A DNA stretch of 64,000 nt from a virus, in IMG/VR virus record IMGVR_UViG_3300009082_000002, positions 32,001 through 96,000 of that record; one strand, 5' to 3'. Below the pieces are notes generated by a model. It saw nothing but the letters and a program-made list of their open reading frames with translations, was not told the origin of the DNA and did not search any database. Position 1 is the stretch's first letter. Every line of letters starts with the position of its first letter. The translations under genes and the position numbers were made by a program. Shown one piece after another: positions 18,400 through 26,114 of this stretch.

Positions 18400-18990
18400 A
18401 TGGCAATCGTAGCTCTCACAGCGGACCAGAAGCTCGCGGAAGCGGACCTCGAAGGAAGCGGGGCATCGACAAGCCACGCGCCGGAACTGAAGGAGAAGTT
18501 CAACGACGTGGTGGACAAGGTGAACGAGCTGGTGGCCATCGGCTCCGACGACATCGCCAACGACTCGGGCGTGACCGGCACCACGATCAGCGACGCCATC
18601 GACCAGCTCGACACCGATCTCGGCGACCGCATCGAAGGTTCCGTGGCCGCCGTCGATCTCAAGGATGCCGGAGCCACCGACTACACCATCGCGCTCGGCG
18701 GCACCACGGGCAAGCGCTTCGTCCCCACGAAGGTCGCGGTCCGCTGCAAGACTGCCACGGCTCTCACCGGCGACGCCAAGATCAAGATCGGTACCGCGCT
18801 CGGCGGCGAGCAGGTCGCGGCCGAGATCACGCTCACCGGGCTCAACGTGGTGGACGAGGTGTACGTCGCGACGCCGGCCGATGGCGTCCGCGCCGTGGCC
18901 GCCGACGCCACGATCCACGTCCAGGTCAGCAGCCCGGACAGCGGCACCAGCGGCACCGCCGACGTGTCGATCATCGGCTTCGAGGTCTAG
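18400..18990 (+). CDS. Putative virion structural protein, isolated from the structural module
   Basis: AGGAGG SD; extreme GC3 bias like capsid and sheath; A/T/D/V/G-rich beta-type C-terminal domain. Confidence 0.5.
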   Translation: MAIVALTADQKLAEADLEGSGASTSHAPELKEKFNDVVDKVNELVAIGSDDIANDSGVTGTTISDAIDQLDTDLGDRIEGSVAAVDLKDAGATDYTIALGGTTGKRFVPTKVAVRCKTATALTGDAKIKIGTALGGEQVAAEITLTGLNVVDEVYVATPADGVRAVAADATIHVQVSSPDSGTSGTADVSIIGFEV

Positions 18991-18993
18991 CCG

Positions 18994-19581
18994 TCAGCGG
19001 TGGCGGTAAATCGACGCGAGCCTGACCGCGTGGTTCGTCGAGCCGACGACGGCGATGAGTCCGCACTGTAGAAGCTCGCTTTTCCTGTACTGTGGATTGA
19101 TGGTATCGAGCCACACGGCGAAACCGCCGGGCTCCAGCACGCGTGCCACCTCGCGCAGCACAGCGAGTCGGTGCGGTACCTTCGGCACCCCGTAGATCCT
19201 CGCATCCTTGTCGGTGTACGGCGTGTCGGCCAGGACCAGATCGAAGCTCGCTGGTCGGAACGGCAGCGCACGCGCGTCGCCGCGGACGTCGGCCTTGGCC
19301 TCTGGGTTGGGCTGCAAGTCGAGCCGCACGGTCGCGGGCTCGGCTCGGAGCGAGCCGCTGAACAGGTGCAGGGTCCGGCACCGGTCCGGGAACATCGAGC
19401 GCACGCGGGCCAGGTATCTACGCGGGTAGGAGCCATGGTACCCGCTCCCGCGGTAGCAGGCCCCGGTCACCCACACGGCCTGAAGCCAGCGCCCGGTTGC
19501 CACCACTGGCCAGGAGTCGGGCCACTGCGGGAAGGCCCGGGCGTATTGCTGCGCGCGCCATCGGAGCGGCCTGCGGTCCAC
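18994..19581 (-). CDS. Small SAM-dependent (probably DNA) methyltransferase
   Basis: YHGSYP, LHLFSGS, GDARALPF...SFDLVLADTPY, EVARVL.PGG; GGAGGTG SD. Confidence 0.75.
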   Translation of the reverse strand: MDRRPLRWRAQQYARAFPQWPDSWPVVATGRWLQAVWVTGACYRGSGYHGSYPRRYLARVRSMFPDRCRTLHLFSGSLRAEPATVRLDLQPNPEAKADVRGDARALPFRPASFDLVLADTPYTDKDARIYGVPKVPHRLAVLREVARVLEPGGFAVWLDTINPQYRKSELLQCGLIAVVGSTNHAVRLASIYRHR

Positions 19582-19761
19582 GCTTCACCTCCGGGTTGAT
19601 GGTTAGAAAGAGCAAGAGTTTCCGGAGCTTCCGTGCTAAATTGGGCCTAACTAGCTGGTATTATTAGGGGTTTTTCCAGGGGACACGCCGCCACCAGCGC
19701 CGCAAGAAAAAAACGATTTTTTTTAGCCTCCCTTCTATGCGGTATTCTTACTGATTCTGAT

Positions 19762-19848
19762 TCGCTAAAAAAAAACCTTTACAAGCTCCGCGCCCCGTGT
19801 ATAATGGGAACCATGGAAAGAAAGAACCGCAAGCGGGAGAAGAAAATG
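19762..19848 (+). promoter_or_regulatory. Sigma70-type promoter plus leader, cassette copy 2
   Basis: A-tract, TTTACA (19778-83), 16 nt, TATAAT (19800-05); leader near-identical to copy 3. Confidence 0.85.
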
Positions 19849-20037
19849 GAAACGAAGAACTGGGAAAGCGCGCACATCGAGATCAACCTGGCTCGTCGCG
19901 CAGAGCGCTTCGGTGAGTACGGGGCTGCCGTGGGCCACTGGTGCAGGGCCGCTCGCATTCACGAAAAGCGCGGCAGCATGCACGCTGCGGCCGAGTGCCG
20001 TCGCCAGGCGGACATCCAGCAGGCGCTCGCGGAATAG
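19846..20037 (+). CDS. Hypothetical early protein
   Basis: GGGAG SD; alternative in-frame ATG at 19813. Confidence 0.6.
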   Translation: METKNWESAHIEINLARRAERFGEYGAAVGHWCRAARIHEKRGSMHAAAECRRQADIQQALAE

Positions 20038-20047
20038 GGAGAAAAAA

Positions 20048-20287
20048 ATGGCAAAGCGCACCAACCTGATCTGGAAGGGCCGTGGCAGCAAGCTCACCAG
20101 CGTGGCCGCCCTGGTTACCTTCCGCGGCACGCGGTACGAGGTCAAGAAAATCCTGCGCTCCAACGGGCGCGAGGAGATTATCTATTCGGAGCTGACTCCG
20201 GCCGGGATCTGCCAGCTGAAGCTGGCCAGCGTTCCGGCTGCTCTTTACTGGAAGCGGGATCTCGTCGCCCGCTGCTCACTCGGTTAG
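20048..20287 (+). CDS. Hypothetical early protein
   Basis: GGGAG + A-run + ATG. Confidence 0.6.
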   Translation: MAKRTNLIWKGRGSKLTSVAALVTFRGTRYEVKKILRSNGREEIIYSELTPAGICQLKLASVPAALYWKRDLVARCSLG

Positions 20288-20298
20288 TGGAGGACACG

Positions 20299-20583
20299 AT
20301 GAAGACCAAGAAGACCGGCCCCAGCAAGCGCGACGTCGCCTTCGCGCTCACGTCAACCCAGGCCCAGATCGTCCAGACCGCTGGCCGGCTGGCGCGCGCC
20401 TTCGACCCAGCGCAGCAGGCCGAGCTGGTCGAGGAGCTGGAGTGCCTGAAGCGCGCGGAGCGTGGCTTCCGCGCTGTGCTGCGCAGCTTCCAGCCCGAGC
20501 AGGAGCCCGCGCCGCGCTTCTCCAGCCGGCCCCAGCTGCCCCAGGCGCTCACGGTCATCCGCCGGCCGCTCGCGGCCTGCTAA
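20299..20583 (+). CDS. Hypothetical early protein
   Basis: GGAGGA SD. Confidence 0.6.
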   Translation: MKTKKTGPSKRDVAFALTSTQAQIVQTAGRLARAFDPAQQAELVEELECLKRAERGFRAVLRSFQPEQEPAPRFSSRPQLPQALTVIRRPLAAC

Positions 20584-20595
20584 CAGGAGGAAAAG

Positions 20596-20835
20596 ATGAA
20601 GACCAGCAGTGCACAGCTCGCAGCCCTGCGCAAGATCCGTTCCTGCGGCGGGTGGATAGTCATCGGCCTCGGGATCTCAAGGACCATGGCCCGCGCGTTG
20701 GAACGGCGCGGGCTGGCTGTCGTCACCGGCCAGCCGATGACCCAAGCGGATCTGGAGTGGCGGGCCATCACGGAGCAGATCGGGCGCGTGGCACTGACCA
20801 AGGCGGGTGCGAAGCTCGCAGAGCAGGAGGGCTAA
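20596..20835 (+). CDS. Hypothetical protein (wHTH-like)
   Basis: AGGAGG SD; RTMARALERRGL..V..LTKAG pattern. Confidence 0.6.
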   Translation: MKTSSAQLAALRKIRSCGGWIVIGLGISRTMARALERRGLAVVTGQPMTQADLEWRAITEQIGRVALTKAGAKLAEQEG

Positions 20836-20838
20836 CCG

Positions 20839-21069
20839 ATGAAGGACAACCAGACACCGAAGGCAATCCAGAACGCACGTGATGCCCGCGCCGAGTACGA
20901 TGCCACCGAGAAGCGCTGCCGCGCAGTGCTCGACGCGATCCGCCTGCGGCTCGACGCCGAGACCGTGGGCGCGAAGAACTGGGCCGAGGTCGGCAGCCTG
21001 GGCCACGTTGAGGAACTGCTCGGCGAGGTCGCGGCCTTCCTGGACTGCCCGGGCTACCGTGACCGCTAG
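20839..21069 (+). CDS. Hypothetical protein
   Basis: GGAGG SD; NW..VGSL.HV..L pattern. Confidence 0.6.
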   Translation: MKDNQTPKAIQNARDARAEYDATEKRCRAVLDAIRLRLDAETVGAKNWAEVGSLGHVEELLGEVAAFLDCPGYRDR

Positions 21070-21159
21070 CTTCCCGCCCCCGCGCCTGATCGCTGGCCCA
21101 GCCGCGCAAAAGCCGAAAATCCCGCTGGTCAACTGCGCGGAATCCTTGCCGAAACAAAA

Positions 21160-21246
21160 AAACTAAAAAAAATCCTTTACAAGCAATCAGCACCGTGTAT
21201 AATGGGAACCATGGAAAGCAAGAACCGCAAGCGGGAGAAGAAAATG
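21160..21246 (+). promoter_or_regulatory. Sigma70-type promoter plus leader, cassette copy 3
   Basis: A-tracts, TTTACA (21176-81), 16 nt, TATAAT (21198-203). Confidence 0.85.
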
Positions 21247-21639
21247 GCAAAGGCAACGGCCAACGGCAGCCACGGTGCGAAGTGGATAAGACGCGAGAAG
21301 CGGCTCGCGATTTACATCCGCGACGGGCTCTGCTGCTGTTACTGCGGGGCGAGCGTCGAAGACGGCACGGCGCTCACGCTGGACCACATCAAGCCGCGTG
21401 GCAAGGGCGGAAGCCACGACCAGACCAATCTGGTGACTTCCTGCCTGCGCTGCAACTCCGCGCGGGGCGACCGGCCGCTGGCCACCTTCGCCCGCGCGGT
21501 CGCAGAGTACTGCAACGATCGGACCGCGGACCAGATCGTGAAGACGGTAAACCGCCTCCGCCGCCGGGTGCTCGACGTGCCCGCTGCGAAGGCGCTCATC
21601 AGCAAGCGCGGCTCCTACGCTGCCGCGCTCAACAAGTAG
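21244..21639 (+). CDS. HNH endonuclease
   Basis: RDG..C.YCG, LTLDHIKP...GG....NLVTSC..CN. Confidence 0.9.
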   Translation: MAKATANGSHGAKWIRREKRLAIYIRDGLCCCYCGASVEDGTALTLDHIKPRGKGGSHDQTNLVTSCLRCNSARGDRPLATFARAVAEYCNDRTADQIVKTVNRLRRRVLDVPAAKALISKRGSYAAALNK

Positions 21640-21652
21640 GGAGGATGCAAGG

Positions 21653-22123
21653 ATGAAGACCAAGGATCTGGAGCCCGGGATGGTGGTCGCCGTGGGGTCA
21701 GTGCAGGACTTCGAGAACGGATGGTGCCAGCGCGCGATGGTCGTCGAGGTCGGCAACTGGGAGGCGGACGGCCGTTTCCACAGGATCATCCGCCGGCCGG
21801 GCGCGACCGGCATCGCGCTGGCCATCGCGTACCAGCGGGACGGCAAGCCCACCGAGTGGAACAGAGTCGTCAAGCTCGCGAACCAGATCCGTTGCACCTG
21901 GGAAGCGTACCTGGAGCACGGAGAGCTGGTGGAGGCGCGCAAGGCGCAGGCGCTCAAAGCCAAGGCGCAGGGCGAGGCCAGGCGGGATGAACTGGTCAAG
22001 AAGCTCTCGGAGCTGCTGGGTGTGCCCTGCCGGGTCGCCTTCGAGCGCATCGGCGGAAACTACGTGCCAGGCCACATTGCCATCAACTTCAGCGACGCCG
22101 AGTCGCTGGTCGACACGCTCTAG
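21653..22123 (+). CDS. Hypothetical protein
   Basis: GGAGG SD. Confidence 0.6.
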   Translation: MKTKDLEPGMVVAVGSVQDFENGWCQRAMVVEVGNWEADGRFHRIIRRPGATGIALAIAYQRDGKPTEWNRVVKLANQIRCTWEAYLEHGELVEARKAQALKAKAQGEARRDELVKKLSELLGVPCRVAFERIGGNYVPGHIAINFSDAESLVDTL

Positions 22124-22141
22124 GGCGTGGTGGAGGACGTC

Positions 22142-23350
22142 ATGCGCGAGACTTACGAAATCCCGGTGAGCCGCTTGGAAGAGCTGAAGGACCGGATGGC
22201 CAAGGTCAACAAGGTCGCCGACAAGCTCGGCTGCGCGCCGGTCAAGCTCTTCGAGGGCGACGAGATCGTCCGCGACCATCCGGAGGACGGGCACAAGCCC
22301 GAGCACCTGCGGCGTAAGGTGAAGTTCATCGCGGTCACCATCGAAGGCGAGACGCCGATGATCGCTGGCTACACCTTCCGGGCAACGCTGCTTCACACCT
22401 ACGGCGAGGAGGCTGGCACCATCATCCTCGCAGTGCCAGGCTACTCGAAGGATCTGCCGCCGCAATACCGCGAGGCCAGCGCGACCTGCGACCATTGCGG
22501 ACACGACCGCAAGCGCAAGAAGACCTACGTCCTTCAACACGAGGACGGCTCCTGGATTCAAGTCGGCTCGACGTGTATCTCGGACTTCCTCGGCGGCGCT
22601 CACGACCCGGACCGCGTGGCGAGTCTCTGCGAGGGTCTGGGCAAGCTGGTCGCGTTCTGTCGCACGGCGGCACGGGAGCCGGGCGATACCGCGGAGCCGA
22701 TCTTCGACCTCGTCGCGTACCTTGCGATCGTGATCGCGGTTGTTCGAGAGCACGGCTGGGTCAGCAAGGCGGTCGCGAGGCGCAGCGCGAGCACGGCGAC
22801 GGTTGCGCGGGTCGACGCCCGCCTCTTCGGCCTGAACACGGATGCTAGCCCTTCCTTCACGGAAGACGACAAGACGCGGGCCGAAGGCATCGCGGCGTGG
22901 ATGGAGAACCTCGGCGAGCGACCGGATCTCAACGACTACATGCACAACCTCTCGGTCATCGGCGCGGCCGGATACGTTGGCCTGAAGACCTCCGCGCTGG
23001 CTGCATCCGCGCCCGCCGCCTTCGCACGGGAGTCGGACGACAGCAAGCCCGCCGAGATCCCGAGTCGTGGCAACGCTTACTTCGGCACGCTGGGCGAGCG
23101 CGAGACCTTCACGCTCACGGTCACGCGGATCGGCACATTTGACGGCCGCTATGGTCGCACCTGGGTCGTCGGCTTCGCGGATGCGGATGGCAACGAGGGA
23201 GTCTGGTTCGCGACCAAGGAGCCGGAGATCGCGCGCGGCGACTGCTGCGCGGTCACGGGCACGGTCAAGAAGCACGGCAGCTTCCGGGGCATCAAACAGA
23301 CCACCCTGGCGCGCTGCAAGGTCGTCGTCGTCAAACGGTGTGCTGCATAG
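22142..23350 (+). CDS. Conserved phage protein with Zn-finger and C-terminal OB-fold
   Basis: CDHCG..RKRK.TY..QVGSTC..DFLG; C-terminal G..GER..GTVKKH..F.G.KQT.L.RCK. Confidence 0.65.
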   Translation: MRETYEIPVSRLEELKDRMAKVNKVADKLGCAPVKLFEGDEIVRDHPEDGHKPEHLRRKVKFIAVTIEGETPMIAGYTFRATLLHTYGEEAGTIILAVPGYSKDLPPQYREASATCDHCGHDRKRKKTYVLQHEDGSWIQVGSTCISDFLGGAHDPDRVASLCEGLGKLVAFCRTAAREPGDTAEPIFDLVAYLAIVIAVVREHGWVSKAVARRSASTATVARVDARLFGLNTDASPSFTEDDKTRAEGIAAWMENLGERPDLNDYMHNLSVIGAAGYVGLKTSALAASAPAAFARESDDSKPAEIPSRGNAYFGTLGERETFTLTVTRIGTFDGRYGRTWVVGFADADGNEGVWFATKEPEIARGDCCAVTGTVKKHGSFRGIKQTTLARCKVVVVKRCAA

Positions 23351-23366
23351 CAGCCGCAGGAAAACA

Positions 23367-23394
23367 GCGGGGCGGGCGGTACCGCCCGCCCCGC
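23367..23394. repeat. Perfect 28-bp palindrome
   Basis: GCGGGGCGGGCGGT|ACCGCCCGCCCCGC, intergenic. Confidence 0.9.
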
Positions 23395-23409
23395 GCGGGA
23401 GGAGAAGTC

Positions 23410-24081
23410 ATGCCGAGGATCAACACCGTGAAGAAGGCCAGGAAGGATCAGGGCGCCTGCTCGAAGTGCGGCAAGCAGATCGTTGTCGGAAGCCCGTACC
23501 AGTGGATCGCTTTTCGCCACGGTGGGCGCCGCGTGATCTGCGACGGCTGCACGTTTCGCGCCAGCGACCTCACGCAGTCGAAGATGAGCGGCGTCTATGC
23601 CGCGCAGGAGAGCGCGGTTGAAAGCATCGGCAGCTGGGACGGCGAGGACGTGGAAGAACTCCGAGACATCCTTCAGGCCTGCGCGGAAGCGATCCGCGAG
23701 GTGGCGCAGGAGTACCAAGACAGCGCGGACGCGATCCACGATAGTTTTTGCGAGTCCGCCACTGCGGACGAGTGCGAGGAGAAGGCGCAGGAGCTGGAGA
23801 GCTGGGCAGACATGATCGAGGGCACCGAGTTCGATGAGTTCGACGAGGATGAGCACCGGAGCAAGTTGACCGAGGAGTTCGAGGGCTTGGAGCCAGATTA
23901 TGCCTGCGAGGCGTGCAATGGCGTCGGGCATGACGTGGCCGGCGCGGGGTGCCAGGCGTGCGGCGGTACCGGGAACACCATCGCCGCAGAGATCGAGGAC
24001 CGGCTGGAGAAGATGAAAGCCGACTGGGTCCAGGAGCAGTGCGACGAGGCGTCCAGCGTCCTGGAAGATTGCCCCTGCTAG
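23410..24081 (+). CDS. Acidic Zn-finger protein
   Basis: CSKCG..CDGC, a DnaJ-like CxxCxGxG pair, very acidic; GGAGGAG SD. Confidence 0.65.
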   Translation: MPRINTVKKARKDQGACSKCGKQIVVGSPYQWIAFRHGGRRVICDGCTFRASDLTQSKMSGVYAAQESAVESIGSWDGEDVEELRDILQACAEAIREVAQEYQDSADAIHDSFCESATADECEEKAQELESWADMIEGTEFDEFDEDEHRSKLTEEFEGLEPDYACEACNGVGHDVAGAGCQACGGTGNTIAAEIEDRLEKMKADWVQEQCDEASSVLEDCPC

Positions 24082-24107
24082 CGCAGGGCGCGGAAGGAGA
24101 CTGGAAG

Positions 24108-24377
24108 TTGACGAGCGGGACAGACAAAGTCATCGAGGCCCTCGCGGACATGGCCAACGGCGCGCGCACTGTGTACACGCCGCAGGCCAAGCAGATCGCT
24201 TCAGCAATGCGGAGCCTTGTTGGCCGCTGTTGCTGCAGCGGGACGGACCGGGCGCAGCTCGACAAGCTCGCGGACGCGGCCGAGCCGATGATCATCATGC
24301 TCGCGCAGAAGATCGCAGCCGATGCTCTGGCGCTGGCAGAGGCCGTCGTCGAGCGCGGCGAGGTTGAAGAGAACTGA
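24108..24377 (+). CDS. Hypothetical protein
   Basis: AAGGAG SD, TTG start; start uncertain. Confidence 0.4.
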   Translation: MTSGTDKVIEALADMANGARTVYTPQAKQIASAMRSLVGRCCCSGTDRAQLDKLADAAEPMIIMLAQKIAADALALAEAVVERGEVEEN

Positions 24378-24403
24378 TGCCGGAAGGCGAGGAGGATGGA
24401 AGG

Positions 24404-24790
24404 ATGATCACGAGCATCGACAGACGGGCATGCAAATTGATTATGCAGGAGTGTGGCGAAGCGTTGACCGCGGTCGCGGCGCGGCACGGCCTCAACCTCA
24501 CCAAGCGTCCCGGTCGCTTCACCAACGCGATGATGACCTTCAAGTGCGAGTTCGTGGTTCAGAACGAGGAAGGCATCCCGGCTGACTTCATCGCGCACGC
24601 CAACCGCTTCGGGCTTCGCGCAACGGACCACGGGCGCGAGTTCAAAATGATGGGTGGTGCAATCGCCATCCTGGTCGGTATCAACCCGCACGCCAAGAAG
24701 TATCCGATGATCGGCGAGCGGCGCAGCGACGGCCAGCGCTTCCGCTTCTCCGCACACTTCATTCGCGAGCAGTTCGCCAGTCCAGAGTAG
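24404..24790 (+). CDS. Conserved phage hypothetical protein
   Basis: G.EF....LVGINP.AKKYP.I....DG..F.F pattern. Confidence 0.65.
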   Translation: MITSIDRRACKLIMQECGEALTAVAARHGLNLTKRPGRFTNAMMTFKCEFVVQNEEGIPADFIAHANRFGLRATDHGREFKMMGGAIAILVGINPHAKKYPMIGERRSDGQRFRFSAHFIREQFASPE

Positions 24791-24842
24791 CTCACCGGCC
24801 CTAGCCGCTGGTTAGCGTCCTGCCAGCTAGCGGCCCCCACGC

Positions 24843-24870
24843 AGGCCAGCCCTCGGGCTGGCCTTTCTAT
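24843..24870 (+). terminator. Intrinsic terminator
   Basis: AGGCCAGCC-ctcg-GGCTGGCCT followed by TTCT, between convergent genes. Confidence 0.65.
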
Positions 24871-24916
24871 GTGCGGACCAGGCTTGACCAGGGCGCGCCA
24901 GGCGCGCGAACCGGGT

Positions 24917-25306
24917 CTAGGCTGGACGCTTGCGCGTGACGAGGCGTGTGCGCTCCCTGGCGCGCTCCGGTTGGCTGGCTTGTCCTGCGCTGGCGTGAGT
25001 GCCCCCCGCGGCTTCGGTTTTCCGGTGGAGCTTCCGCAAGTACTCCTGCCAGCGGTCATACACGCGCTGGCAGTCGCGGTCGACGAAAGTTGCGAAGGGG
25101 ACTTTGATCTTCTTGCCGGTGCTCGGGTCGCTGACGATGAGATCGTAGGATGTAAGGATGCGGACGTTGAGCATCGCGCCGCTGACCAGCCGCGAGAGGT
25201 TGAAGAAGTACCAGTGCTGGACGTCAGGCGTCAGCCAGCGTCCGTCCGACGTCTGACAGCACTTGGCTTCCTGTACGAGCGGAAGATCGAACCCGAGGTC
25301 CTTCAT
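24917..25306 (-). CDS. Hypothetical protein
   Basis: GGAGG SD on the minus strand before ATG at 25306. Confidence 0.6.
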   Translation of the reverse strand: MKDLGFDLPLVQEAKCCQTSDGRWLTPDVQHWYFFNLSRLVSGAMLNVRILTSYDLIVSDPSTGKKIKVPFATFVDRDCQRVYDRWQEYLRKLHRKTEAAGGTHASAGQASQPERARERTRLVTRKRPA

Positions 25307-25494
25307 CGCGCCTCCCCTCCGATCAGGTTGCGTGCAAGCCGATCCGCGCCGGGCCCCATTCTCAATTTGCACGTTGACGGCGAGTGCAGCAGGCGCACCA
25401 GACATTCCTTGCGTCTGGTCCGAGCCTGAACTTTCATCGCAGGCCTCCGGCGGATAGTTCGCGAACTGCGAGCCGCACGAACGATAGAAGGGAC

Positions 25495-25524
25495 TTGCGC
25501 GGCTCGGCGCGTCCCGTCTATACT
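25495..25524 (+). promoter_or_regulatory. Putative promoter of the morphogenesis operon
   Basis: TTGCGC, 18 nt, TATACT in the divergent intergenic region. Confidence 0.5.
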
Positions 25525-25682
25525 TGCTGGCGAGATGCGCCAGGAGGTTCGGATGTTCTGGTCTGGGTGGGTCGACGTGGTACGGTCGAGATCAGGGACA
25601 AGTTCCCCCCCCTTGGCTTTGGTCGAAGCCGTGTCGGCCCACCCGCTTTCTCACCTAGACAAGAGACGAGGGAGCGTGCTAC

Positions 25683-26099
25683 ATGGGCGAGCGTGAGTAC
25701 ACCGACGCTGATCTCGGACTCGATTTCATCACCAGCCGCCGAGGCGCGACTGACCTCCGCGAGCTGGTGGTTGTCGGCTTCACAAAACAGGGTGCCGCAA
25801 TCAAGCAACTCGGACGGGACGTCGAGCGCCTGGAGAGCGTGATGGTAACCGACGAGTCCTGCAAGGTGCGCATTCTGCAATTAGCAGCGGATGTCGGCAA
25901 AGTGGTCAAAGCCGAGACGAAGGAAGCGATCCAACAGGCAACCAGAGCAGCGGTCATGGATGCTACCACGGAGGCGGTGCGCAGGTCGAACGGATACAAG
26001 CCGTTCTGGCCGGTCGATGCGCGCGGCTGGTTAGCGCTCGCAGTCATGTTCGTCACCTTCCTCGGCTGGGTCGGTGCCAACGTCCTGCTCCTGAAGTAG
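25683..26099 (+). CDS. Hypothetical protein with C-terminal transmembrane helix
   Basis: GAGGGAG SD; coiled-coil then WLALAVMFVTFLGWVG. Confidence 0.6.
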   Translation: MGEREYTDADLGLDFITSRRGATDLRELVVVGFTKQGAAIKQLGRDVERLESVMVTDESCKVRILQLAADVGKVVKAETKEAIQQATRAAVMDATTEAVRRSNGYKPFWPVDARGWLALAVMFVTFLGWVGANVLLLK

Positions 26100-26114
26100 C
26101 GCGCGCCTCGGGGG

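Noticed and set aside
21244-21639. HNH as part of a restriction-modification system or packaging nuclease
   Set aside because: It is not adjacent to a methyltransferase or the terminase. It sits behind an early promoter like a free-standing HNH.
25565-25644. tRNA
   Set aside because: It is multi-stem but has no TTC T-loop, D-loop or anticodon arm geometry.
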